A stretch of 64,000 bases of DNA from NCBI GenBank assembly GCA_013166775.1, contig JABLTJ010000007.1, forward strand, positions 96,001 to 160,000, read 5' to 3'. This document shows positions 27,544 through 37,257 of this stretch, piece after piece. The notes below the pieces were generated by a model. It saw nothing but the letters and a program-made list of their open reading frames with translations, had not been told where the DNA came from and did not search any database. Within the stretch, counting starts at the first letter, position 1. Each line of letters starts with the position of its first letter. Both the position numbers and the translations under genes were made by a program. Origin of the DNA: Promethearchaeati archaeon. GTDB lineage: Archaea; Asgardarchaeota; Heimdallarchaeia; Heimdallarchaeales; Heimdallarchaeaceae.

Positions 27544-29496
27544 ATGAATATAACCTCTAAGTTGTTAGTTTCATATAATAAAATAAACAATTATAACAAT
27601 AGCAACAATCTTAGGGGTCAAAATCTTGTTCTTAGTAATTTTCAAATTTTGGGGGAGTTATTCTTAATTCATCTTGCTGATAGAAGTGGATTATTAAGAA
27701 ACTCAAACAATTTTCCAGAAAAATATGAAAAAACGAAAAATCACTTCCTAGACATTTTTTCAAAGAAATTTAATGGAGAGTATATAACATTTTATCAAGA
27801 ATTAAGAGAGATTTTCACAACTGAAGCATTCAAAGAAAAAGATGATCCTTTTGGTATGCTTTATCAACAAATCATCTCAGCTACTAAGAAACAAAATAAA
27901 GGAATAGTTTTCACTCCATTTTCAATTATTGATTATATCCTGGAGCAGTTAAACTATCCAGAATCATTAGAGAATTCAGAGACAGCAAAATTAATAGATT
28001 TAGCTTGTGGATCCGGATTGTTTTTATCTAGAGCAACAAGGAGAATATGTACTTTAGGTAAGAAACAACAATTATCTCCACAAAAAATTGTAAGGTTTAT
28101 GGAAAAATCGATTTTTGGATTCGATATAGATCCTATTGCTGTTTTACTATCAAAGATCAATATAGTAATGGTGCTAATGGAAACTCTCAAAGCTGATTAT
28201 CCTTTTGAAAATCCAATATCAATAAATGTGCATAAAACAAATTCAATGGTTAAAGAGGGTAATTCCGATTCAAAGATAATTAAGGAAATTAAGTCAAGCA
28301 GTTTTGATTATATTGTAGGTAATCCTCCATATATAGAATCAAAGAAGATGGATATAAAAACCAAGAAAATTTGTCAAGAAAATTTCCCAGAGGACGCTAA
28401 AAGACATTATGACATTTATGCATTATTTTTAGTATTAGGAGCTAGTATGTTAAATGATACTGGACAATTAGGATTTATAATTCCAAATAAATTCCTCATA
28501 TCTAGATTTGCAAGACAATTCAGGGAAAGATTTCTAGAGGAAAATCTTATCTCTCAAATTTTGAATTTAGCACATCAGAAAGTTTTCATACCAGCTGTAT
28601 ATCCAATAATTTTACTTCTAAATAAACAAAGAAAAAAAGAAGAATCAATTAAGATGTTCACTAATATAGATTTAGAAGAGATTGCAACATCAGAGCTACA
28701 CAATAGAACAGAGTTTGTTAGTCCTGGATTTTTCGAAAAAACAAAAAACAAAACTATCTATTTCCCCCAAAACTGTGCCTTTCCTTTATTAGAAAGAGTA
28801 TTCTCTCAATCTCAACACTCTCTTGGAGATGTCATTAGATTCAGATGGGCTATATCTTTTCATAGGAAAGGATTAAGGGAGCAATTTGTTTCGAAAACTC
28901 CAAAAGGTGATAATCCACAAAAATTACTGGGGGGTAAACCTTTTGGTGGAAATAGGGAAATTGAGAGATATAAGGTAAAGTGGAATGGTTATTGGCTTGA
29001 TTACGATCGAGAAAAATCAACAACTCTTAAAAATAATTTTCAAGACTTGAAATACTTCAAGGAGAAAAAAATCATCATATGTCAGCATGCTTTGAGAATG
29101 AGAGCAACAATAGATACGCAAGGTTACGCTTGTAAAGATATTTTTCTTTTAGGACACCTACGAGATATTGGAAAACAACTAAATCTTTCGTTAGAATTCA
29201 TTTTAGGGTTATTGAATAGTAAATTGTTTAGTTTCATGTTTAACATAATGTTCTCAGGTTCAGAAATCATGGGAAAATATCTCCATTATCTACCTACATT
29301 TCTTCATGATCTACCGATTCTTATTCCTTCTGAAACAGAACAGAAACTGATGGAAGAGTACGTAAATCAAATGCTTAAAGAAGTAGATGATGAAGTTGAT
29401 AATAAAATAGATGAACTAGTTTTCAAATTATATGATTGTACGGAAGAAGAAATTAACTCTATAGAAGACCATATCTCAATGCATTTAGTAAAATAA
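27544..29496 (+). CDS. N6-adenine DNA methyltransferase (Eco57I/TaqI-like, with TaqI-C domain)
   Basis: GIVFTP, IDLACGSGLFL, GFDID, IVGNPPY, GFIIPNKF, ILGLLNSKL, DELVFKLY; true start probably downstream of 27544. Confidence 0.9.
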   Translation: MNITSKLLVSYNKINNYNNSNNLRGQNLVLSNFQILGELFLIHLADRSGLLRNSNNFPEKYEKTKNHFLDIFSKKFNGEYITFYQELREIFTTEAFKEKDDPFGMLYQQIISATKKQNKGIVFTPFSIIDYILEQLNYPESLENSETAKLIDLACGSGLFLSRATRRICTLGKKQQLSPQKIVRFMEKSIFGFDIDPIAVLLSKINIVMVLMETLKADYPFENPISINVHKTNSMVKEGNSDSKIIKEIKSSSFDYIVGNPPYIESKKMDIKTKKICQENFPEDAKRHYDIYALFLVLGASMLNDTGQLGFIIPNKFLISRFARQFRERFLEENLISQILNLAHQKVFIPAVYPIILLLNKQRKKEESIKMFTNIDLEEIATSELHNRTEFVSPGFFEKTKNKTIYFPQNCAFPLLERVFSQSQHSLGDVIRFRWAISFHRKGLREQFVSKTPKGDNPQKLLGGKPFGGNREIERYKVKWNGYWLDYDREKSTTLKNNFQDLKYFKEKKIIICQHALRMRATIDTQGYACKDIFLLGHLRDIGKQLNLSLEFILGLLNSKLFSFMFNIMFSGSEIMGKYLHYLPTFLHDLPILIPSETEQKLMEEYVNQMLKEVDDEVDNKIDELVFKLYDCTEEEINSIEDHISMHLVK

Positions 29497-29559
29497 CCCA
29501 TTAATTTCATGCATTAGCACTTACAAAATGTTAAAATTCAATGGTTCTCTTGTTTAATT

Positions 29560-31383
29560 GTGTCATCAGATAAAAAAACCTCTAAAACAGAGCAATTTGA
29601 GGAAGCTGAGGAAGCTGAAGACATAGATAAAAAGCAGGAATTCCCAAGAGCTGCAAGTATTTCAGTTTCCTTTCTATCATGTTTATTTACAGCAGTTTTT
29701 GTTGGAGCTAAGTTATTCTTAATTATTTTTGATTTTTTAATTCCTAAATCCCTGAGGGAATATGTTCCATTCTTCGCTATGGTAAGAAAGTCAACAACTG
29801 CAGCTTCGGAAATGTTTGCTGGAAAAAAATCAAATGAAGTTGTTGAGGTTAAAGAAGAATTAGAAGAGCTTGAACTTAAAGGACAAAAAGTGAAAAAAGC
29901 TTACCCATTACGAAGAACTATTGGTCAAGCAATTAGTATGGGTATCACTCCTATTTTACTCATTGTCATACCCTCTGCTATTTGGGGAGAAAAAATAGTT
30001 GTGATGATCAGCAATAGATGGCCAGAAATTCCAACTATTGTAATTGGATTAGCATTAGGAACCATTATGTTGATCATATCTTGGATTGTCACAGTTTTTG
30101 GTCCTCTTTATGTTGTTTTTCACAATACTAGTAAGATTTTCATGGATCTTGGAGCATATCGTTGGGCTGCTTTGTATCAAGATTTAGAAAATTTGTTTTC
30201 AATACCATATTATGCTGCAAAATCTTCCTTTAGTTTCTTTGATGCGCCACCAATATCTTCTGAAACTTATCAAGAGTTTAAACTGGATTTGACTGATGAA
30301 ATTGTTACCATAAAAGAAAAGGTTGAAGGATTACTAGCTTTGGATGCTAATAACGTTCCTGATAGATCAAAAGAAATGCTTGAACAGCTATTGAAAAGAG
30401 TAGAAGTTCCAATAGAAAAATTTGACCTAACAAAGGTAACAAAACAGACTGCAAGGTCGTTTGCTTTGTTAATCTGGAGTAAGGAATCTTCTTTCTTTTA
30501 TTGGAGACGAAAAGAGGCATTTGAGAAATTCAAAATTAAGAATAAACTCTCTGAAGATGATGTAAATGTAGGTTTACTTTCAATAATTCATAGGATAAGA
30601 AGTGGAGACATTACTGATCTTTTATACAAATCTGTGATTGTTACAGGAGCATTGAAAGGAATAGCGAGTCAAGAGAAGAAGTACAAACAGACTATATCTG
30701 ATATTGAATATCAGAAATTAGCTCTTTCACTAGCCTTAGGTGCTCAACAATATATCACTGATACTTTCAGACCTATTAACAAATATGTTAAAATCATGAA
30801 ATTCATTGGATTTTTCTTTTTAGGAATCTCTCTTCCAATGTTGATAATCATATACTCTTTATTACAATATATCAAGCATTTGATTTTCTATCTACACAAG
30901 ATTTTATTTGCAACACCTGTCAAACGATACATTAAATCGTTAGAAGAAATGGATGCAATGAAATATATTGGATATGTTTCTTTACCACTAATAACTCCAT
31001 TCTTAGCTGTATGGGAGATTAAGTTTATTGTTCTAATCATTATAGAGCGATTCAGAGAAATAAAAAGAATATTTACTGATACTTATTTCTCAATGAAAGA
31101 GAAAGGGAAGAAACCCAATGTTAGAAAAGAGCACAATATTGATTTTCGAAAATTCTTCAAAAGATTTGGAAAAATACTACTGAAAATTATCCTTTTACCT
31201 GCAGTTCTATTATGGTCTTTAATTAAATCAATTTATAGACGATTAGTGAAATTGTTTGAAAGAAGAAAATCTGAAAACAAAGAAAAGAGACTCTTTGAGA
31301 AGGAAATTACTACCGAAACATTAGTTGCAATCTATCAAGAGCTTTATGATAAATTCATTTTAGAGAACATTAAACCTAGTTAA
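29560..31383 (+). CDS. Uncharacterised multi-pass membrane protein, paralogue of 9492..11204
   Basis: 607 aa; shares motifs along the whole length with 9492..11204; 63 bp after the MTase stop. Confidence 0.85.
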   Translation: MSSDKKTSKTEQFEEAEEAEDIDKKQEFPRAASISVSFLSCLFTAVFVGAKLFLIIFDFLIPKSLREYVPFFAMVRKSTTAASEMFAGKKSNEVVEVKEELEELELKGQKVKKAYPLRRTIGQAISMGITPILLIVIPSAIWGEKIVVMISNRWPEIPTIVIGLALGTIMLIISWIVTVFGPLYVVFHNTSKIFMDLGAYRWAALYQDLENLFSIPYYAAKSSFSFFDAPPISSETYQEFKLDLTDEIVTIKEKVEGLLALDANNVPDRSKEMLEQLLKRVEVPIEKFDLTKVTKQTARSFALLIWSKESSFFYWRRKEAFEKFKIKNKLSEDDVNVGLLSIIHRIRSGDITDLLYKSVIVTGALKGIASQEKKYKQTISDIEYQKLALSLALGAQQYITDTFRPINKYVKIMKFIGFFFLGISLPMLIIIYSLLQYIKHLIFYLHKILFATPVKRYIKSLEEMDAMKYIGYVSLPLITPFLAVWEIKFIVLIIIERFREIKRIFTDTYFSMKEKGKKPNVRKEHNIDFRKFFKRFGKILLKIILLPAVLLWSLIKSIYRRLVKLFERRKSENKEKRLFEKEITTETLVAIYQELYDKFILENIKPS

Positions 31384-31499
31384 GCAAAGTTTTTTAAACA
31401 CAGATTTTTTGTTACAAATTCTTGGATAACAAGATTTATTAAATGAGTAACTGAATATCTGTTCGCAGTTACAATATTATCAAAATAACAAGTGATTTC

Positions 31500-32594
31500 A
31501 TGAGCAAAGATAAGAAATTAAAGGGACAGGCTTTTGGTCCAGCAATAGTATCAATAGCTAATGCAGCGAGAGCTTTTGATGCTCCAGTTAGATATCCTGT
31601 TTTATTCAAAGCCCCCCATCTTTTTGAGGAAGGTTTAGCTGGTACTATGGCATTTCCTCGAATGTCGTCATTCATAGCAATGATAGAGCATTTGTTTGGT
31701 TTTTTGATTTTATTTCCGATTTTATGGATAACAAGAGGGTTCAAAAAATTAAAAGAAGCAGTTAAAGATTTTGACAAAAGAGATTGGTTTGCACTATTTT
31801 TCATATCATTTGGAGGTTCAGCTTTAGGTTTGTTTTTCTTTCTGATATCATTTGCTTATGGAAATCCAACTATAGCAATCTTACTGCAGAAAGCTCAACC
31901 TCTGATAACTTTAATTTTTGCATTTTTTATTCTTAAGGAAAGACCAAAGATTCTATTTTGGGCTGCACTTGGTTTAGCTATTATTGGTATTGGTTTAATA
32001 GCAACCCCTGATATCCAAGCAAGTATTCAATCATACGATTACACAGGTCTTATAGCAATTTTGTGCTCTCTTCTAGCTGCTACTCTATGGGGAGGGTCCA
32101 CAGTATTCGGTCGAATATTAACAAAAAAAGTGGATTTCTGGGATCTTACTTTGCTAAGATATATGGGTGGTTTCATTTTTCTGGTTGTATTTAATGTGGT
32201 ATTGTTCACATATAATGGTGAATATTTCAGAATGTTAGCTGAAAATGTCACTATTTTTAAAGCAGATTGGGGATGGCAATTACCAATCGGTGTGTGCATA
32301 ATCTATTTTGCTCTCTTGACAGGTGGAGTTCTTCCTCTTGCACTCTACTACTTTGGACTTAAAAGAACAAGCGCAGCAGTTGCTGGAATAGCAGAATTAG
32401 CTTTTCCTTTATTAGCAATATTTGTAAACTGGTATTTCCTAGGATGGGAATTAAACAGATTCCAAGCAATAGGAGCAGGAATTCTCTTTGCAGCAGTTTC
32501 AGTTCTTTCGTTTGTGAATGCAAGAGAAATGGAAAAGAAGAAGAAGCTAAATAAAGAGAAAGTAGAAGAAGAAGAAACTACGAAAACTGAATAG
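31500..32594 (+). CDS. DMT/EamA family transporter
   Basis: About 10 TM segments, ILLQKAQP, LKERP, WGGSTVFGR, YYFGLK, ELAFP. Confidence 0.9.
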   Translation: MSKDKKLKGQAFGPAIVSIANAARAFDAPVRYPVLFKAPHLFEEGLAGTMAFPRMSSFIAMIEHLFGFLILFPILWITRGFKKLKEAVKDFDKRDWFALFFISFGGSALGLFFFLISFAYGNPTIAILLQKAQPLITLIFAFFILKERPKILFWAALGLAIIGIGLIATPDIQASIQSYDYTGLIAILCSLLAATLWGGSTVFGRILTKKVDFWDLTLLRYMGGFIFLVVFNVVLFTYNGEYFRMLAENVTIFKADWGWQLPIGVCIIYFALLTGGVLPLALYYFGLKRTSAAVAGIAELAFPLLAIFVNWYFLGWELNRFQAIGAGILFAAVSVLSFVNAREMEKKKKLNKEKVEEEETTKTE

Positions 32595-32690
32595 TTTTTC
32601 TTACGAATTCATCTGTTCATTTCTTTCTGAATACTGGTATATCTTTATTCTTCGACTAATTCACTTATAAAAAAGGAAGATACTTAGGTC

Positions 32691-32963
32691 ATGAAATCGA
32701 TATATAAGAAAAATCACATAAAAAATGAAATAGTAAATTCGTTCCAGACATTGAAAGAGTACTTCAAAATTCATTCTAACGATGATGAAATCCTATATAC
32801 TATAATTCAACAATTAGCTGAAACAATAGCTAATTCTGAATATTCTTACACTGATACTAAAAGCAAAAAAATATATGAAAATTATCTGTTGAATGACCAA
32901 GTAAAAAAACATGAAGAAAAAGCTCTCTATGAGATTATGCTTCATAGAGGCGCTCTTTCATAA
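32691..32963 (+). CDS. Hypothetical protein
   Basis: 90-aa ORF with an ATG start filling the intergenic gap. Confidence 0.5.
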   Translation: MKSIYKKNHIKNEIVNSFQTLKEYFKIHSNDDEILYTIIQQLAETIANSEYSYTDTKSKKIYENYLLNDQVKKHEEKALYEIMLHRGALS

Positions 32964-32991
32964 TTTTTATTCCATTTAATAACTCAGAGAG

Positions 32992-33807
32992 TTACTTTAG
33001 TTCTTCAAGTCCGAATCCATTTTCGATTAGTTCAGCAAATCTAGATACAAAACGTGTTGCAGGAGCACCATCAACTATTTTGTGATCTATTTGTATGGAA
33101 ATGTTAAGAAAATCATGATTAACTAGTTTACCTTTATCAAGAATTGGTTTCTTCTTTATTCCTCCAACTGCTAAATTTAATGTATTAGAACTGAAAGGTA
33201 AAGCCCAACCAGAAAGATTCTTTCCAAACATTCCAAGTGCAGTAACACTAACTGTACCTGCATTTTCAATAAAAAACCTAGTATTGCTTAACGTTCTTCT
33301 AATTATCATTTTTCTTATAAATTTTGGAATGATTGGATACAGTTTTACTAGAAATCTTGATGTTCCCTCTACAAATTGATCTCTTTCCTCTATCTTCCTT
33401 TCCTGAACAGAACGAATCTCGTTAGTTATATCTATAACTGATTTATTCTGAGCTTCCCTGATAACATAGGTAATAGGAACTTTTTTACCATCCGAGGAGG
33501 TTCTTTCTATAATAGTACTAACATGAACATCATCTAAGGTTATGATTTTTCTTTTTCCCCATCTATAAGAATGAACTTCTTTATTTTCGAAAACAGCTTG
33601 TGCAACACATCTAATCAACCAACCAGTGAAGGATATTTTTACATCTGTTTTTTTCTCAAAATTCGCTATTTCGGTTCGTGCTTTATTTACATCTAGCTCA
33701 ATAAGACCAATCATCTGAGACTTACTAGCAGTTTCATCATAAATTTCGCTTAATATCCTTCTAACTGCTGAGAATGATTTAATTTCATAATCTCCTAAAG
33801 AAAACAT
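32992..33807 (-). CDS. Stand-alone 2-oxoacid dehydrogenase acyltransferase (E2) catalytic domain
   Basis: GTVSVTALGM, DHKIVDGAPATRF; no lipoyl domain. Confidence 0.88.
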   Translation of the reverse strand: MFSLGDYEIKSFSAVRRILSEIYDETASKSQMIGLIELDVNKARTEIANFEKKTDVKISFTGWLIRCVAQAVFENKEVHSYRWGKRKIITLDDVHVSTIIERTSSDGKKVPITYVIREAQNKSVIDITNEIRSVQERKIEERDQFVEGTSRFLVKLYPIIPKFIRKMIIRRTLSNTRFFIENAGTVSVTALGMFGKNLSGWALPFSSNTLNLAVGGIKKKPILDKGKLVNHDFLNISIQIDHKIVDGAPATRFVSRFAELIENGFGLEELK

Positions 33808-33897
33808 AATCTAGAAGTTCTTTGAAAAAATATAAGTATTGTTAATCACAATAATTCGTCTATCTCTTGGCAATTAATATCTTTTTCTTAGTGTTTG

Positions 33898-34833
33898 CTA
33901 ATATTGTTCTAGCCACATATTTTGAGTTAACTCTGATAATCTATCACACTCTTCATCTTCAAGCTGAAAGGCTGTTGCACTTATATTGCCTTCAACTTGT
34001 TCAATATTCTTTGCACCAGGAATTGGTATAATATCTTTCTTAAGTATCCAATTTAATGCAATTTGAGCTGGTTTAACGTGGTATTTCTCTGCTAAAACTC
34101 TCATTAATTTAAATAATGGTCTGGTTTTAGCAAAGTTCTCTTTTACTTGAAACAAAGCTATTCTATTCCTAAAATCATTCTTTTTAAACTCACTTTGTTC
34201 ATTATAATTTGTTGTTAGAAAACCACTTTCTAGAGGACCCCATGCAGTTATATGAATCCCTTGCTTTCGAGAAAATGGTAAGATCTCTTGTTCTATACTT
34301 CTGTTGATTAAGCTGTAATTCAGTTGATTAGTAATGATTTCTCCTTTTTCTAAATAATTCTGTAATTCTTCAACTAAAGGATTATGATAATTTGAGACTC
34401 CTGCATATCTTACTTTACCTTCTTCTATCAGCTCATCTAGAGCTTTCGCAGTTTCATACAGAGGATAATAACACCAAGGAAAATGTAAAAGATATACATC
34501 TATATAATCTGTCTGAAGTCTTTCCAAACTATTACTGCAAGCTTTCTTAATTTCATGATAACCGCAATGTGGTGGACTAGCTTTAGTTTCAATAATGATA
34601 TCTTCGCGATCCCCTCTCTCTTTTATAATCTCACCAATATATTTTTCACATAATCCACCTGCATACTCTTCTGCAGTATCAAGGAAATTTATTCCATTAT
34701 CAAGAGCATAATTGAGGATCTTTTTAATTTCATTAAAATTTTGAATACCTTTAGTAGGATGACCGAAAGTCAGAGTACCAAGACCTATTTCTGATACTTC
34801 TAAATCAGATTTTCCGAATCTTATTTTTCTCAT
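33898..34833 (-). CDS. Aldo/keto reductase
   Basis: VSEIGLGT, DTAEEY, SLERLQTDYIDVYLLH, GVSNY, PIPGAK; start ATG 34833. Confidence 0.92.
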   Translation of the reverse strand: MRKIRFGKSDLEVSEIGLGTLTFGHPTKGIQNFNEIKKILNYALDNGINFLDTAEEYAGGLCEKYIGEIIKERGDREDIIIETKASPPHCGYHEIKKACSNSLERLQTDYIDVYLLHFPWCYYPLYETAKALDELIEEGKVRYAGVSNYHNPLVEELQNYLEKGEIITNQLNYSLINRSIEQEILPFSRKQGIHITAWGPLESGFLTTNYNEQSEFKKNDFRNRIALFQVKENFAKTRPLFKLMRVLAEKYHVKPAQIALNWILKKDIIPIPGAKNIEQVEGNISATAFQLEDEECDRLSELTQNMWLEQY

Positions 34834-34875
34834 GATTATTAAAGAAAATACGTTTAAGTACTCTTTTAAACTTAT

Positions 34876-35376
34876 TGGAGAATTTGCTATCAAGCTATTA
34901 TATCATGATGAAGAGAAAGCTCAGAGAAAGATGGCTACATTAGATCTGTTAACATCTTATGGATTTAGAGCACCAAAACCAATTAAAACAATCAAAAATG
35001 AATATTATGCTATCTATAAAACCAATATCCCTTATAGTTACATCATTTATTCAAGGAAAACCAATAGCTTACAGGGAAACAGGAGAACATCTCAAACACA
35101 TGGAGTTTTTTGGAAAACAAATAGGATTATATCACCGAATCTCAATTTTCAATTGAAGAGTTGAAAGCGATTCCCCTGTTTTACCAAGCTAGAGAATATG
35201 TACAATTCTTTTATTTTGCATGGAGAAGTTATCATAAACTTACTCATGGACTAGATGAAAGTGAAACAAATATGCAAGGATTCGTGGAGGCAATAAAAGG
35301 AGTTGAAAAAGCAGCTGAAGTAAAAAAAGATTACTTCTATGAATTAGCAGAAGAAGCTTTGGAAGAAGAAAAATGA
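34876..35376 (+). pseudogene. Decayed APH/homoserine-kinase-type-II phosphotransferase
   Basis: Three frames join to give FAIK...GFRAPKPIKT / SFIQGK...FGKQIGLYHRIS / FSIEELKAIPLFYQAR; the HGD...DF catalytic core is absent. Confidence 0.65.
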
Positions 35377-35383
35377 AAAATAT

Positions 35384-36175
35384 TTACTTAGGTTTTTTGT
35401 ATCCATAATACCAGAGTTTCTCTAAAGTGTCGATTAGTTGTATATACTGTTCCCTTCGTTCCTTTTCAACATTCATTTCAAATGGAATTTTGTGAGCTTT
35501 TGAATAATAATTTAGATAATTACTATCAAAGCAGGGTAATTCTGGTCTAAAATATTCCCAGTCTATCAACATAAGTTTCTTTTCTTGAAATAGAAGATTA
35601 GGTGGAACTAAATCTCCATGAATATAAGTTAGATCTTCTTCGTTGGAATCTAATATCTTCTCATGCTTTTTTGTTATTTTCTTTAATTCTTCTATCAATT
35701 CAGAGGGATAATTTTTTGGAGAATTTTCATACTCTTCTATCAATCGATCATAGAAGTTCATAACATCTTGTTTTAAAGGAGAATTAGCTGTTCTAGCTTT
35801 ATCATGTATATGAGCTAAGGTTTTTTCTAGTAATTCTTTCTTTTCTTGATCTAAATCCATTTTCAAGAATTCTTTTCCTTGAACATATTCATAAACAATG
35901 ATATTAGAATTACTAAACCAAATTATATCAGGAGCTATATCTCCTCCAAACATTTCTAAGGCTTGCTTTTCCCTCTCAAAACGAAGAGCTGGAGGGATGA
36001 TATCTTCATTTCCATAAACTTTGCAAACAGCTAAGGGTTTCTGGGATTTTGTAGTAATTAGATATTTAGTATTAGTGAATCCTTTATCTAGCTTTGACCA
36101 AATTAATTCTGGCATGAAGTTATATTTTTTCATTACTTCAACTTCAATTTCCAATTTCAGGGAATCATTAATCAT
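35384..36175 (-). CDS. APH/choline-kinase-fold phosphotransferase, candidate thiamine kinase
   Basis: GFTNTKY, YEYVQG, LAHIH, HGDLVPPN, IDWEY; start overlaps the thiQ stop by 4 nt. Confidence 0.8.
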   Translation of the reverse strand: MINDSLKLEIEVEVMKKYNFMPELIWSKLDKGFTNTKYLITTKSQKPLAVCKVYGNEDIIPPALRFEREKQALEMFGGDIAPDIIWFSNSNIIVYEYVQGKEFLKMDLDQEKKELLEKTLAHIHDKARTANSPLKQDVMNFYDRLIEEYENSPKNYPSELIEELKKITKKHEKILDSNEEDLTYIHGDLVPPNLLFQEKKLMLIDWEYFRPELPCFDSNYLNYYSKAHKIPFEMNVEKERREQYIQLIDTLEKLWYYGYKKPK

Positions 36176-37257
36176 AGTATTCGAATCTCCAGGGGATCTA
36201 CATAAAGGAAAATTTCTTGATTTGGAGATATTTCAGCAGTAATTAAAGTTTTTTCTACATCGATTTTAGCATATTCTATGGTGTTTGAAACAATTTCTAC
36301 TATAATTCTATCCGTTTTTTCATCAATTTGAATGACTGATTTAATGTATCCCTTGACAGAAAATAATTCTTCTTCTTCAGGAATTTCATTGGGATTAAAA
36401 CATATTTTGAAGCTTGCAGGTGTGATATTAATGCCAGTGACTTTTCTTTGAATTTTAGTAGGGATGCTAATTTTTCCTAGATTAGTAGATAGAATAGTTG
36501 CATTCGATTCTTCCTCAATGAAATCAACAGACCAGATGTTAGGTGTTCCCATAATTTTTGCAATTAGGTAGTTTTGGGGAGAAGAATCAATATCAACAAC
36601 GTTTCCTATTTGCTGAATCTTTCCATCATACATAATTCCGACTCTATCGCTGATTAAACGTGCCTCTTCTTGATTATGAGTTACATATAAAGCAGTAGTC
36701 TCTGTTTCTTTCTGAATTCGTCTAATAGTTAAAGCAAGTTCTTCTCTTCCCATAGCATCTATACTGGAAAGGGGTTCATCTAATAGAAGAAGATGGGGTT
36801 CAATAGCCATTGCTCGAGCAAGGGCTACTTTTTGCTTTTGACCTCCGCTTATTTGACTGGGATACCGTTCCATTAATTCCTCTAGATGAGCAAGGTTAGA
36901 AATCCATTGGATTTTTTCTTCTATTTCTTCTTTAGATAGTTTTTGAGATTCTAATCCAAAGGAAATATTCTTCTTTACAGTCATATGTGGGAAAAGAACT
37001 TGAGCCTGAGGAACATATCCTATTTTTCTCCGTTGTGAAGATAAATGTGTTACATCAGAATTATCCATCAATATTTTTCCCTTTTCAGGTTCAATTATAC
37101 CCGCAACTATTTTGAGAAGTGTGGTTTTTCCACATCCACTTTCCCCCAATAGCACCAGTAGTTCTCCGTGTTCGACGTCAAGGTTAAGATCCTCTAAAAT
37201 GTATTTTTTTTCATACTTCATTGAAATATCTTCAAGTTTCAAGCTAACCATTTTCAC
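36172..37257 (-). CDS. thiQ: ABC transporter ATP-binding subunit (thiamine import, ThiQ)
   Basis: GESGCGKT, ISGGQ, LLLLDEP, YVTH; in operon with thiB/thiP. Confidence 0.8.
   Translation of the reverse strand: MKMVSLKLEDISMKYEKKYILEDLNLDVEHGELLVLLGESGCGKTTLLKIVAGIIEPEKGKILMDNSDVTHLSSQRRKIGYVPQAQVLFPHMTVKKNISFGLESQKLSKEEIEEKIQWISNLAHLEELMERYPSQISGGQKQKVALARAMAIEPHLLLLDEPLSSIDAMGREELALTIRRIQKETETTALYVTHNQEEARLISDRVGIMYDGKIQQIGNVVDIDSSPQNYLIAKIMGTPNIWSVDFIEEESNATILSTNLGKISIPTKIQRKVTGINITPASFKICFNPNEIPEEEELFSVKGYIKSVIQIDEKTDRIIVEIVSNTIEYAKIDVEKTLITAEISPNQEIFLYVDPLEIRIL

Noticed and set aside
27544-27650. AAC/AAT-rich stretch (NNYNNSNN) as a tandem repeat or true MTase N-terminus
   Set aside because: Imperfect low-complexity sequence in the probable divergent promoter region; likely non-coding, with the real start downstream
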